NCBI RefSeq assembly: GCF_018350175.1
Contig: NC_058368.1
Location: forward strand, 117,554,001-117,618,000
Source: Felis catus
Lineage: Eukaryota
DNA length: 64,000 nucleotides
Direction of reading: 5' to 3'
The notes beneath the pieces were generated by a model that did no database searches, had not been told where the DNA came from, and saw nothing but the letters and a program-made list of their open reading frames with translations. The position numbers were made by a program, and so were the translations under genes. Shown here piece by piece: positions 35,550 to 47,849 of the stretch (position 1 is the first letter of the stretch; every line of letters starts with the position of its first letter).

Positions 35550-37745
35550 CTGCTTGCTGGGGTATTTGGGGGGGTTGGTGCGGTAGCTGTAGTCGGAGTA
35601 CTGCTCAGAGCCTGTGGACGTGGTGTCACCTGTGCCCACGAATGTGTTTGCGGGTGGCAGGTCCTGCACCACCTGGTGCTTCTTGGAGGCCGAGGGTGAC
35701 TGGGGCTGCAGCTGGATGGAAGGCAGTGGGGAGTTAGAGCGGTAGTGGCGGCCCAGGTCAGGGCTGCCCGGTGGATAGTTGAGGGGCAGGTGGATGCGGG
35801 GGCTGTCCCCAGGGGCGTCGCTCATCAGGTTGAACTTGAGAGATTTCTGCAGCCCGGCCTCGTCCTCATCTTCCACTGGCTTCACAGGCTTTGGGGACTT
35901 GCTCTTCTTGCCTTTGCTTTTGTTTCCCTTGGAGGCTTTGCTGCTGGGCTTGGGGGCATACAGGTCCTTGGTCTCCTTCTTACCGGCCTGGTAGCCACTC
36001 TTGGCTTCCCGCTGCCGGCAGTAGCGCACGAGCACTGCCAGGGCAATGAGCAAGGCCACAGCCACAACACCAGCCACCACACCAAAGAGGATGTTGCCAC
36101 GCTGCTTGGAGCGCTCGTATTCTGGATCCCCAGCAATGTCGATGTCCAGTGGCGTGTCCAGGCTGTGGCCCAGCAGGGTCTCTAGCAGGGTGCGGTTGGC
36201 CAGGGTCTCGTTGACATAAAGGTGGACCAAGGCCGTGCCATAGCGTGGGGGCTTGCCACGGTCACTGACCTTTACCACTAGGCGGTGCAGCCCGTGGTGG
36301 CGCCGCTCAATCTCCTTCTCGAGGGTGATGGCACCTGAATGTGACCCGATCTGGAAGAGTCCGTAAGGGTTGCCACCAGCAATGCTATAGGTCAACTCAG
36401 CATTGACACCAGAGTCAATGTCCTCAGCTGTCACCTGGCTGACCGTCTCACCAAGACGGGTCTGGGGGGTCAACAGCCGGTGGGAGGTGTTGGAAGGGGC
36501 GGTGATAAAAGGCGCATTGTCATTCTCATCCAGCACGTTGATGGTGACACCAACATAAGCTGAGCGAGGTGGGACACCGCCATCCACCGCCTTCAGCTGG
36601 AATGTATAGGTGCTTTGCTGTTCCCGATCAAAGCTCAGGCTGGAGAGAATCGTGCCCGTGCCATTCTGAATAACAAAGTCACCATTGTCCTGCTCCACTG
36701 TGAGCTGTACCCGGGCATTCTCCCCCTTATCCCCATCAATGACGGTCACCATGCCCACTGGACTCAGTGCCGGCATGTTCTCCATCACTGAGAAGTTGTA
36801 GCCACTCAGCATAAACTTGGGGTCATTGTCATTGCAGTCCAGCACGTTGACAAGGACGGTGGCTGTGCCCTGCAGGCTGGGGCTGCCCCGGTCGGCTGCC
36901 ACCACCTTTAACTCATAACTGTCCCGCTGTTCCCGATCAAGGGATGTCTTCACCCGGATCTCTCCAGTCTCAGGTGAGATGGTGAAGAGGCCCTTGGCGG
37001 CTGGCTCAGGCTCCAGAGAGTAAACCAGCTCAGCATTAGAGCCCGAGTCAGCATCACTGGCAGTGACTTCGGTGACCACTTCACCTGGCTTGTTGTTTTC
37101 TGGGAAGGCAACCTCAGTGACGCTCTGGGTGAAGACAGGTGCATTGTCATTGACGTCTACCACCTGTACCTTGAGGGAGTTGGTACTAGAGAGTGGGGGG
37201 TTGCCAGAGTCCACGGCCACAATCTCTATGGTGTAGTCTTTGACCTTCTCGTAGTCGAGTGGGGTGGTGGTCTGCAGGAAGTACTTCTTTTTGCTGTCAC
37301 TTCCCGTCTCACTGGCCTGGCGTAGCTGGAAGGGCACGTCACCTGCCACCACACAGGTGACAGCTGCATTCTCTCCCTCATCTCGGTCAGATACCTGTAC
37401 CAGGGCTACAGCTGTCTCCTCTGCCACATCTTCTGAGATGTTCGCCATCCCGTCTTGATGGGTCACCAACCCTATGCCCCGGATCTCAATGGTGGGGGCA
37501 TTGTCGTTCATGTCCTTCACAGTCACCACCACTTGGGCGCGGGCACTCTTGGGGTTGGTGCCTCGGTCCTTGGCGAGCACTGAGAAGCGCAGGGTACTTA
37601 CATCTTCACGATCCACGGGGCCCTGCACAGTAATAAGTCCAGTGTTCCTGTCCAGTCGCAGAAGACGCCTCACCACTTCAGGCGCCTGGTGGAATGTGTA
37701 GTCAATCTCCGCATTGGCACCTTGGTCCGAGTCATTGGCTTTCAC
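35550..37745 (-). CDS. PCDH1: PCDH1 coding exon 3 (2196 nt, spliced form): EC3-EC7, membrane-proximal region, TM helix, proximal cytoplasmic tail
   Basis: 759-aa ORF 35466..37745; acceptor ccctgccctgaag|GTG; internal donor CAG|GTAGGC at 35549; TM ILFGVVAGVVAVALLIALAVLV followed by a Lys-rich juxtamembrane segment. Confidence 0.98.
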
Positions 37746-38789
37746 CTTCAGGGCAGGGGAGAAGAGGAAAACAGGAATGAGTTAGTCTGGGGATAGCAAA
37801 GTCAGGAACACGTGTGCTGCCTTTCCAATGAGCACAGCAGATATAAATCATTGAACATGGCACCATTTCCAAAAGCAGCACCTATACTGCCCTTTTCCCA
37901 ACCCTGACATTGTGGCAGGTATCACTGATCTATTTCCCGGAGGAGCACAGATGCAGCCTGCAAATCCTCAGCAGTGCTACAAGCAACTAGTAGAGATGGG
38001 ATGGGGCATAATTCAACTCTGCTTACCATTCCTGTTCCAGTGTGCCCAAATATGGGGATGAGGATCCAGCTAGCAACTGGGGCAGCCCTTCCAGCCAGTT
38101 AAACTGGCCTTCAACCCTTCTGGAGAGCTGGAAAGGTGTGAGTAGTGGAAATGGCATGTATGCATGACATATGTGTATAACATGCACGCATGCACACACA
38201 TGTGTTACAAGACTGGGGTTATTTGTTATCGTGTGAGAAGGTACGTGTTTGTGCGCTTGTGTATTTGCACACGAGTAGCGCCCCACATGCCCCACCTGGA
38301 GGCCACAGGTGAGGGGATTTCTTTTGAAAGGAGCCAGGTGGGGATATGGGTCAGAATGAGCCTGCCAGGCCACTGCTCTCTCAAACCGGGGAAACCTGTT
38401 TCAGCAGCTTCTTCCCTCCTGCCTGGCCCTGGCTAGGCACCAACTTGAGGAATCTGGGCGGCCGAGCTGCGGCCGACAGGGAGGGGTTGGTGCAGGCCAC
38501 AGAGCTTGCTGGCAGCGGGCTGGGATCCCAGCACCAAACAATGAACTGTCTGTCCCTTTGCAGTGGGCACGCCCTCCCACGCCAATGCCGACGCATACTC
38601 GGCCCAACTCTACAAATATGGGTGGTGATGGGGCAACAGGAACCTGGTGGGAATGGCTATGAGGTACCACTGGTCAGGGAGAAACAGAGGGTTCGAATTA
38701 CGTCACAGCCAGACAGAATGTGATGGCAGTAGGATGTGGGTGTTGGGGATAAACAGACAGGTATAACTTGGCAGAGTCTCTGAGAAGCA

Positions 38790-39010
38790 CAGCGGATGAG
38801 TCCTGGGTTCAAATCCCAGCTCCATCACTTTCCAACTAACTACGTGACCTTGGGCCAATTACTCAACCTCCTCAAGCCTCAGTCTACAAAATGTATAAAA
38901 TGGGGATGATAATAGAACCTATCTCACGGGGTTGTGGTGAGAATTAAGTGAGATAATACTTCTAAAACTGCCTAACACTGCCTGGCACGTGGCAAGAGCT
39001 CCCTAAATAG
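38790..39010 (+). mobile_element. MIR in intron 2
   Basis: cctgggttcaaatcccagctcc...tgtataaaatggggatgataatag. Confidence 0.85.
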
Positions 39011-39026
39011 CATCTATCCCTCTTTT

Positions 39027-39282
39027 TTGTTTTGTTTTGCTTTGTTTTAGAGAGAGAGAGCATGAACTGGGGAGAGGGACAGAAGAAGAGAAAGAGAAAA
39101 AGAGAAAAAGAGAGAGAGACAGAGAGAGAAAGAGAGAGACAGACAGAGAGAGAGAGAGATGTAAGCTGGCTCCATGCCCAATGCAAAGTCCAACGCAGGG
39201 CTCAACCCCATGACCCTGGGATTATGACCTGAGCCGAATTCAAGAGTCAAATGCTTAACCGACTGAGCCACCCACACACCCC
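39027..39282 (-). mobile_element. CanSINE in PCDH1 intron 2
   Basis: Reverse head, (GA)n, T-rich tail; TSD atccctctttt at 39016 and 39290. Confidence 0.9.
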
Positions 39283-41015
39283 AACATTCATCCCTCTTTT
39301 GGTCCATCCACCTGTCCATCTCAGAAAATTTGTGCTAACACAGTGCTGGACACCACATCTGGTGGGCCCTCAAACCACGGCTAGTCTCCTCTCCTTCTGG
39401 CTGGGAACCAGGACTCTTTCAACAGTGGAGACACCTGGGCAGGGCTTCCTAGCAACCCTGGTATTTGCGAACCCCTGTGAGAGCCAACCTGTTTCTTCTC
39501 ACCAACCGCCCTGTCCCCGGTCTATCTGTCCCCTACCTTTTCATTATGATTTCCACCTCTCCCTGTCTCCAGACTGGTCACCCTGCTTCTTATCTACCTG
39601 TCTTGCCATCTTACCTCCCTTTGTCTGGATGACTCTTCACTCCTGTCTCTGTTTCCCTCCCCACCTTTTTGAGTTCTTCCTGCCTCTTTCCCATTGCGTG
39701 TCCTTTCCCATCCTCTCTTTTCTGCCCTTCCTCTAGCCCCATCTCTGCCCTGCTCTCTTGCTTCAGCCCACTGGAAGGGGATGTAAGCTGTTACATGCAT
39801 AGGCTTTGAAGCCAGACTGCTGGATGGGGTCAGGGTGGGATGTGAACACATCAGCTGGGTGAGATCAGGTGAGTTTCCAAATCTCTATGGGCTCAGTTTC
39901 CCATCAGTGAAATGGGGATAATGCTTACCTTGTATTGTAAGGATTAAATGACATAATACACATAATGTGTTCAGAATACTGCCTGGCACCCAGGCTGTTA
40001 TTATTCACCATCTCTGATGGTCTGTCTCCCTATTCTTCCTCAGTCTCTCTTCTACACGTTCAAGTCCACCAGCCTCTTAAAAAAAAAGGACAGGACTGAA
40101 ACTCCTTCCCATGCCCTGCTTCAGTTTAAGGATACAGAATGAAGGGTTTCCCAGGATGGTAACGGTATACAGGGCAGGCTGTGCCCTCCTCAGCTCCCTC
40201 ACTTCAAAGACAGACAGCTTCAGCCCAGGGGGAAGGAGAAAGGAGCTGGGGCTGGCAGGAGGCCAGGGCTGAGATGACAGCAGGAGATACGCCCACCTGT
40301 CTGCAGGGACGCTTTCTTTGCTCCCTCCCAGGCCCTGGCTCCACCAAGCTGCCCAAGCCCCTGGGGCAGTTCCCATGGAGAGGGGTGCTGAGAACTTCAG
40401 TAGAAGCAACCGACCCTCCATTGTACCAAGCATCCCATACTCAAGAGCACCCTGTACCAGGGAAGGAAGCTGGTGTACAGACAGACATCTGACTGCAGTT
40501 TTCTAGAACTGTGAGGACTCACTTGGCTAAAATAATCTCATTCGACTGTCAGGGAGAGGCAAAGTAAGGCTCTGTCCTCTAGTTTCAGGAGAATCTCATG
40601 TGGCTAAAGGGCCATTGGTTGGGAAGATATTCTCATCTCTGGAGAGACTGTTCTTGTTCCAACTTGGCTCACTCAGCTGGGGAGGAGAATATCATTTGAC
40701 TTGGGAGGAGATTTCACTTCTCAGAGGTTTCTCCAACTTGAGTCGGCCTTGGGAATGAGTGAGGGGGGGAGGATTGCTGTTCATATGCTATCTGTGCTAT
40801 GCTATGTCACTCTAAGTAGCTTGATAGAGGAAAACCATATCACCTGCTGGGGTAGGGTGGGGCTTATAGGAAGATCTCACTGGGACTGGGGAAAAAAGCT
40901 CTTACCACAGTACCCTGGCAGTTTCCCCTTAAGTAAAGGGAACATTAATCAGGCTGGGTTGGGCTCCCATTTCTAAAGGTGGGAACCCTAACAGTTAGAT
41001 GGAGGGGCCTCTCAC

Positions 41016-41878
41016 CTGGATGACTGAGTGGCCTATGGGGCTGTTCTCAGACAGCTCAGCCTCATAGGAGGGCCGCTCGAACTTGGGGGCGTTGTCATTG
41101 GTGTCAAGCACAGTGACTCGAAGCAGGGCACTGCTGGCACGTGGGGGGCTGCCACCATCCTGCACCTTGATGGTGAGGTCATAGGAATCCCAGCGCTCCC
41201 GGTCCAGGTTGCCCATCACGATGAGCTGTGGCTGCTTCCCCTCCTGGTCCTCTGCCACCTGAAGCCCAAATAGCTCCTGGGCCTCGGGCCCGGCCTGCAG
41301 CTCATAGGACGCCACACCGTTGGGGCCAGCATCACGGTCAGAAGCCACCGGGATGGGGAAGAGTGAGCCGATGTTGGTGTTCTCAGGGATGGGTAACGTG
41401 ATGACTGGCGAGGCGAAGTTGGGCGTGTTGTCATTGATGTCCTGTACCTCTATCTGGCCCTCTAACAGCCGGGGACTGCCATTCTGCACGAGGTCTGTAA
41501 TAGACACCTCAAACTCCAGGATGCAGGGCTCACCGGGGAGCTGGTTCTGGCATTCACGGAGCCCCTCGCGGTCGATAGAGGTCTCCGTGGTGAAGATGTC
41601 TCCCGTCTTGCCATCCACCCGCAGGTACGGGGCGCCTACCTCTAGTTTGTACAGGTGGCCCATATCTGGAAAACCGTAGTCAGCTGCGAGGCTCCCAATG
41701 AGGGTGTTGGGTGGCTGTTCCTCCAGCACCTTGTACACCACCCGAGTGGCATGGCCTGGGGATGCGGCCAGCAGAAGCAGCAGTGTCAGTAACAAGGGAG
41801 GCAGCAGCAACCGTTGCCGCCCAGGGCCTGGGCTAGGCCTCAGGGGCCCCATCCTGGCAGGCTCTAGAATCAGGAGGG
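41016..41878 (-). CDS. PCDH1: PCDH1 coding exon 2 (863 nt): signal peptide, EC1, EC2, start of EC3
   Basis: Within ORF 40995..41897; acceptor ttccccttgcag|, donor CAG|GTGAGA; Leu-rich signal then TRVVYKV.EEQPPNTLIG, IDRE, DINDN, DTNDN. Confidence 0.98.
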
Positions 41879-42445
41879 CTGCAAGGGGAAGAGGCAAAAC
41901 AGGAGGTCAGCTGGGAGGAGGAACCCAAGCCAGCCCCTGACTCTCCCTCTGCCACCTATACACTAGCCCATGAGGAGAGCTCAGCTCCAGCCCAGAACCC
42001 TGATTCCAAAACCCAGAACCCTGAGTTTCACCCACAGCTGGGTGTAGCAGCAGTGTCTGCCCCAGCTGGAGGAGCAGGTAAGGGGCCTGGAACAAGTCTA
42101 GAGCAGCTCCCGCCCATGGAACGCCCTGACCCTCCTGACACTCCCTCCTCCCTGCTCTCTATTCTGTGCTTTGCCCAACACCTCCTTCTCACCAGCATCC
42201 TGCCTTAGTCACCCATGGTAATTACCCTGATACTGAGATACAGAGAGACAGCAAGTGGAAGGGGAAGGCCTTAAGCAACCCCCCACATACATGGTAGGAA
42301 AGAGACACAGGCACCCCTTACATTCCCCAGACCCCACAAGGAGGGCCACTCAGGATGGCTGGAGAGAGTGGGAAGGACCTCTCATTTCTCTCCCTTCTGA
42401 GATGCCAGTCAATATATGTGTACGAGATGTGACATGTCAAATGCC

Positions 42446-42475
42446 TTTTTTTTTTTTAATGTTTATTTACTTACT

Positions 42476-42510
<35 letters not shown>

Positions 42511-42665
42511 CGCACAAGCAGGGTAGGGGCAGAGGGGGAGACACGGAATCTGAAGCAGGCTCCACACTGTCAGCAAAGCCCCACTCCAGGCTCGATCCCA
42601 CAAACCGTGAGATCATGACCTGAGCCAGAGTCGGACGCTCAACTGACTGAGCCACCGAGGCACCC
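42446..42665 (-). mobile_element. CanSINE in PCDH1 intron 1
   Basis: Reverse head gactgagccaccgaggcaccc; TSD tcaaatg. Confidence 0.92.
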
Positions 42666-44901
42666 TCAAATGACTCATTTCTGACAATAATCACCTACAG
42701 TGCCCAATGCTTTCACCCGCATGGGGGGGCCAGCTGAAACTAGGCACCTATCAAGGCTTGGAGATAGCTGGAGTTGAAGAGAAGGAGTTAGCCACCCACC
42801 TCCCCTCAGACACACGCTGCGCTGGCCAGTTCCCAGGACTCCAGCTCCTCCCTCCCTCCCCTACTTCCACTGCGGGCAGACTAGACACTGACAGGTGTGT
42901 GGAAGAACAGTGTAGAGGTTAACACTGGGGTCAGGACTGTGGTCAGGGCTGACTAGCCCTGGAAGTGGCATCGGGAGCTGCCCTGGCCTGTCTTTAGCAA
43001 CTGCGAGCCCAGCAGGTCTAACTGGGACAGAACTGCCAACCACACCACCAGCCTCTCCCTGACCACTCCCCTCCAGGCCCTATGTAGAGTCTCTCAGTAA
43101 ACATCTGGCTCCTATTTGACCCCTCTCCTCACAGACATCTGGCCCCTATTTCATACCTTGCCCCTCCCCCCTTAACTGGTCCAGTCGCATCTCAGACATG
43201 CTTCTCCATGCCAGCCCCCAGGTCCTTCCAATTGGAGCCCCTGTGTGTCACAGCCAACCACAAACTGCACTCCCATCACCCCAATAACTCACTTCTGCCC
43301 ATCTCTTCCAGCTTTGAGGCTATGCATTTGCAGACCCCAGCCAGACCTACTACTGTCCCAGTCTTGACCCCTTCTTCTTCTAGGAGGCCATGGCCATGGC
43401 CAGCCCCTCTATTAATAAATCCAAAGTCAAGCATTTCCTGCAGAGGGCTCAGGGTCACTCTCCTTTTCCCACCTCCCCATTTGCACCTGAAGTACCTGCC
43501 TCCCACCTGGAAATCCTACCCAGCCTTGTCTTAGATGGCATCTATCCCACCAAAGGCAGACTCTGGTCCCCCAAGAAGCCTTCCCAGGCCTCTCCAGCCC
43601 ATGGTGACCTCTCCTTTCTCCAACTCACAGCCATTATTGTCTGCTCCAATCCTGTGGCAATGAATCACTGAGCTCTCTGGGACACCGCACTCCTGCCTGT
43701 GTTGTTCAACCCCAGTACTGTGCACCTATTCCTGCGTTCTCTGGCTCTCCAGGCAAACGCCAAACTTCCTGAAGGTAGGGCCAGGCTCCCTACATTCATC
43801 TCCCTGCCCCAACCCACGCACCTTCACAATGCTGGGCACCATGCATTCAACAAATGTTTATTGTGACTTACAACGTGCCAGGCTCTGTCCCAGGCACTGG
43901 GACACAACAGCATACAAGATAGACTCAGTCTGCTACCGTGGAGCTCACAACAGTTCTACCTCAATGACTATTTGTCAATCTTGTTTGGTTGTAATCATTT
44001 GGCACATGTAAGGCTGCGGGATGGAGAAGACATCAGACAGTCTGAGGTGAACCCTAACTGTCCATTTCCTGGCTGCTGAGCAGGAGGAAATGATTTAGAG
44101 CTTCAGTTTCCTTATCTGTAAAATGGGAATAATACTACCTATTGTCTAGGGAGTTTGAAATTTTGTGGGCTAAATGCCTAGCACACAGTAAATAGTCAAC
44201 AAATGCTCCCTCAAAGCACCTACAATTGTAGTTATGTGACTGTTTGGGAAGTAATTTGTCAAATGTCTTTCCTACAAGACTGAGCATACAGCAGGAGAGG
44301 CTCTGCTTTGTTTGCTCCTACATCCTCAGGACGCTGCTCTGGACCCAGGACACAGCAGGCACTCAGAAAGAGGTCTAGAGTGACTATTTTAGCTCCCAGG
44401 CTTAGCTTATCCTGGCACTTTCTGGGTGGTTACTGCTTATTTCCTTACCCAATTCCCTTACTCCATTGAGAACCTACCGGGGTCAAATTTAATCCCTCTC
44501 TGTTTAGGTCCACAGTAGACTCTTAGCAAATGTTCACTGAACGCAGATTCCCTACATAAGTCAAACACTTGACTTCCTTCACATAGCCTTCCCAAACCAC
44601 ACCAGCTCCCACCGTCACTCCTTGACAGTAAGGTGCTCAGAGTGTGTAAGGCTGCTATCAGATTAGTGTGTGTGCTTGTTCTGAGTTGCAATCTTAATAT
44701 CTGTAAATGAAGGAGGAATTTATCTAATGCCCCATGTGGAACCATCCTCCCATCACTTCCCCTCTACCTGCATGGACCTAGCACAAGGCTCATCTTACTT
44801 TCAAGCTCCAACCCAATCACACCTCCAATGGACTCTCACCAAAGAACCTCATTTCCTGCTGGGTACCTGAGCCTCTGTCCCCCCATGGGGGTGGGAGGGG
44901 A

Positions 44902-44905
<4 letters not shown>

Positions 44906-44945
<40 letters not shown>
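44906..44945. repeat. (CA)20 microsatellite in intron 1
   Basis: Direct read. Confidence 0.95.
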
Positions 44946-44948
<3 letters not shown>

Positions 44949-46939
44949 TGGAATCCTCTTGCACACCAATTCTATGCATAAATCTTGGGAGGGTGGGGTT
45001 ATATGGGAATTATCCTAAACCTGACACAGAGGAGAAATAAGGCAGTGACTGCTTGCCTCCACTCACTCTCTTCAGAACAGGGATTCTTAACCTTTTTAGA
45101 TCATAGCCCCCTTTATGAATTTTATGAAACCATGGTGCATATTTTTCCAAGAAAAAAATGAATGCTCACACATTTTGGCTATAAATTCAGAGGTCTGTGG
45201 TCTGACAGAGTCAGGGTGATTTTGATTTGTAGCGGCTCCAATAGCTACAGGCTAAGTCCTTCCTTCCCCCTCTCAGGGTCACAATACACAGTTCTAACCC
45301 CTCAGGCCTCCCAGGCAGCGCAAACACAGTAACCACCCCCTACCCCGCCACACACACACACATTTTTTTCTCTCTCACTCATTCACACTGTCACCCTTAG
45401 GAGATCCCTTACCTCCATCCAGCAGAAGAGTCAGGAAAGGACTGTGGTATACAACTTCTGAGTTGGAAAGAGAACCACAGAGGAATATCCAAGCCCAGGA
45501 AGGTATAGGGAAGAAGGTGCTTTTAGGAAGTAGGAATTTAGGGGAACATAGGTTTGGGGGTGTGGCTACACACAGTGAGGGCCAGAGTTGAAGAAGCTTT
45601 AAGGCCCATGAAGTGCCTGGAAAGTTGCTTTAAAATGATGCCCCCACCCCAGGAATTCTGATTCTAGGGGGAGGGACCTAGAGAACCCCCCACCCCAGAC
45701 AGCATGGTACAATATCAGGAAACACTAGGTCCCTGGAGTTAAGAAAGAAGTGCAAATTCTACAGTCGCCTTTACCATCATCATCACTGTCATCACTATCA
45801 TTATCATCCCAGTTAACACTCCCTGAGATTTTACTCCATTTGCATACATTATCTCATCTAATCCTCCCCACCCTCTGAAACGGGTACTTTATTATTACCC
45901 AGCTCCCCATGGTACAGATGATAAAATTGAGGCTCAGAAAGAATAAGGAACTGTCTCAGGTCACAAAAGTAGTAAATGAAGAGTCAGGACGTGGGAAATA
46001 AGAATGTCTCTTCAAGGCCCAGAGTCTGAGGGGGAAAGAAAATCAACAAAGGTCACAGAGGCTAGAATGTGTTTGCTATGTAGCATCTCCTCCCTCCCTC
46101 CCTCTCCCCACTCCGGGCTACCAACTTGCCTGGAAAGGAAAGAAAGAGAGGGCTTGGGGTTCAAGGACTGAACCCCAAGCCTCCCAGGCCTCCCCCCCCC
46201 CCCGCCCCCGACCACAGGGCACATGCCATCCTGGGGATGCAGGAGTCAGAGGAACCAGGACCAGCAGTGAGGCAGCCCTAACCCTGGCCCCCATCATCCC
46301 TGAACTTTGCTCAGGTGGTTGGTTATTGGGAGTCATTAGTCCCAGGCGGCAGCTTTTGAAGTGATTAGCATCTTATCTGCCCTTGCCCAGGCACTGGCTG
46401 CCTTCCTGGCAAGGGTGTCCCCACCTCTGCCCAGTGACATAGGCACCCTGAGAAGCAGAGTTGCAGCATACACAGTGATTCATTCTTCTCAGGCCTGAGG
46501 AGTGCAATAAGGTATGAGGGGGCAGAGTCCAGGGAAGGCCAAGGAAAACGCCATCTGTGTCAACATCTGGGGAGGGAGGAGAATAGCAGTGAGGGTTCAC
46601 CTGGAACCTTCAGTTTCAGTCCACCTCAGGGACCATGGTCCACTTTCTGATGAATGCTAAAACACTTAGAGGCAGCACCAGGTCAGCTCTGACCCCCACC
46701 CTTCTTACCCCTGCACTGTTACACAACAGCCACTACCACTGGGGGCAAAACAACAACAACAACAAACAAACAAAAACCACAAAGGACAAAGCCAACCTCT
46801 GGGAGAGTAGGGTAAACAAGCAGAGCTGTGTGGGGTGGAGCTGTTCAGAGACTTCCCACAGTGAACAAGTGCACAGCCCTCAGCTCCTCTCCCTTCTCTT
46901 TCACAACCCTCTATTAGCCTCTGCAGGGCTTCCAGGCAC

Positions 46940-47220
46940 CTGCATTCTTGAGTCAGATTGTTGGGCTCAAACCCTTGCTCCACCACTTACTTCCTAGCTA
47001 TATGACCTTGGCCAGGTGACTTCACCTTTCTGAACCTACTTCCATATTGTGGAATGGAAATAATAAATTCTGCCCCTTGGAAGGTATCTGGGAGAATTAA
47101 ATGAGATCTGTGGCATTGAGGTCTATTATGTTGTAAAGGACAGATATATATACATACATATAGCATTTTATTTCCAGCATCAGGCACACAGTAGGTGCTC
47201 ACTGGTTCGGTAAATAAATG
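46940..47220 (+). mobile_element. MIR in intron 1
   Basis: ccaccacttacttcctagctatatgaccttggcc core and 3' end. Confidence 0.7.
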
Positions 47221-47849
47221 CACCCATCCCCTGCCAGTTGAGCAGACCTATGAAGACAAGGTTGGTGTGTATCTTACCACTGTATTGCATCCTCACCACC
47301 CACCATGGGCCCTGGTGGATAGCAGGTGCTCAATACATCGTTGAAAGAATCTCACTCTGCAGCACCAGCTATCCTTGCTCAAGGTAGGGGTGGGTAGCCC
47401 TCACCCCATATCAGAAGAGCCTTCTCCATCTCCTCCCCATCCCCCTCCCGACCCCCCACCCCCACTCCCACCCCTGCCCCCGCCCCCGCCCCCGCAGGCC
47501 TTCTCCTGGTGCTTCCACCCCTCTCCTCCCAGCAGTAAGCTCACTATTTCTATCTAGCCCAGATCCCCTGACCGAGTAGCCACAGCAGCATCAGCCCCTC
47601 TGCTAGGAAGATACCAGACCAGCAAGACACCCTCTTCCAGATGAAGTCACTTACTGAATTGGGTCGGAGGAGAGGGGAAACACGCTGCTAGAACTGCAAC
47701 CAGATCTGCTCCTCTACTACACTACCCCTAGGCCATCCCTGGAGGCCCTTCTCATCCCTCTCCCCCATTCCACCCCACGCCCTGGGCTACTTGTAATTAC
47801 AGATTTCAATCCTCCTAGACCTCTACGTCAAGAAACTAGCCCCCACCTC

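Noticed and set aside
35745..37701. Antisense and alternative-frame ORFs over exon 3 (also over exons 2 and 5)
   Set aside because: Shadows of the GC-rich PCDH1 codon usage.
42028..42117. 29-codon minus-strand ORF (MGGSCSRLVP...) as an alternative coding first exon
   Set aside because: Ends in TGA; its only donor (GG|GTGAAA) is weak and phase 2, out of frame with exon 2.
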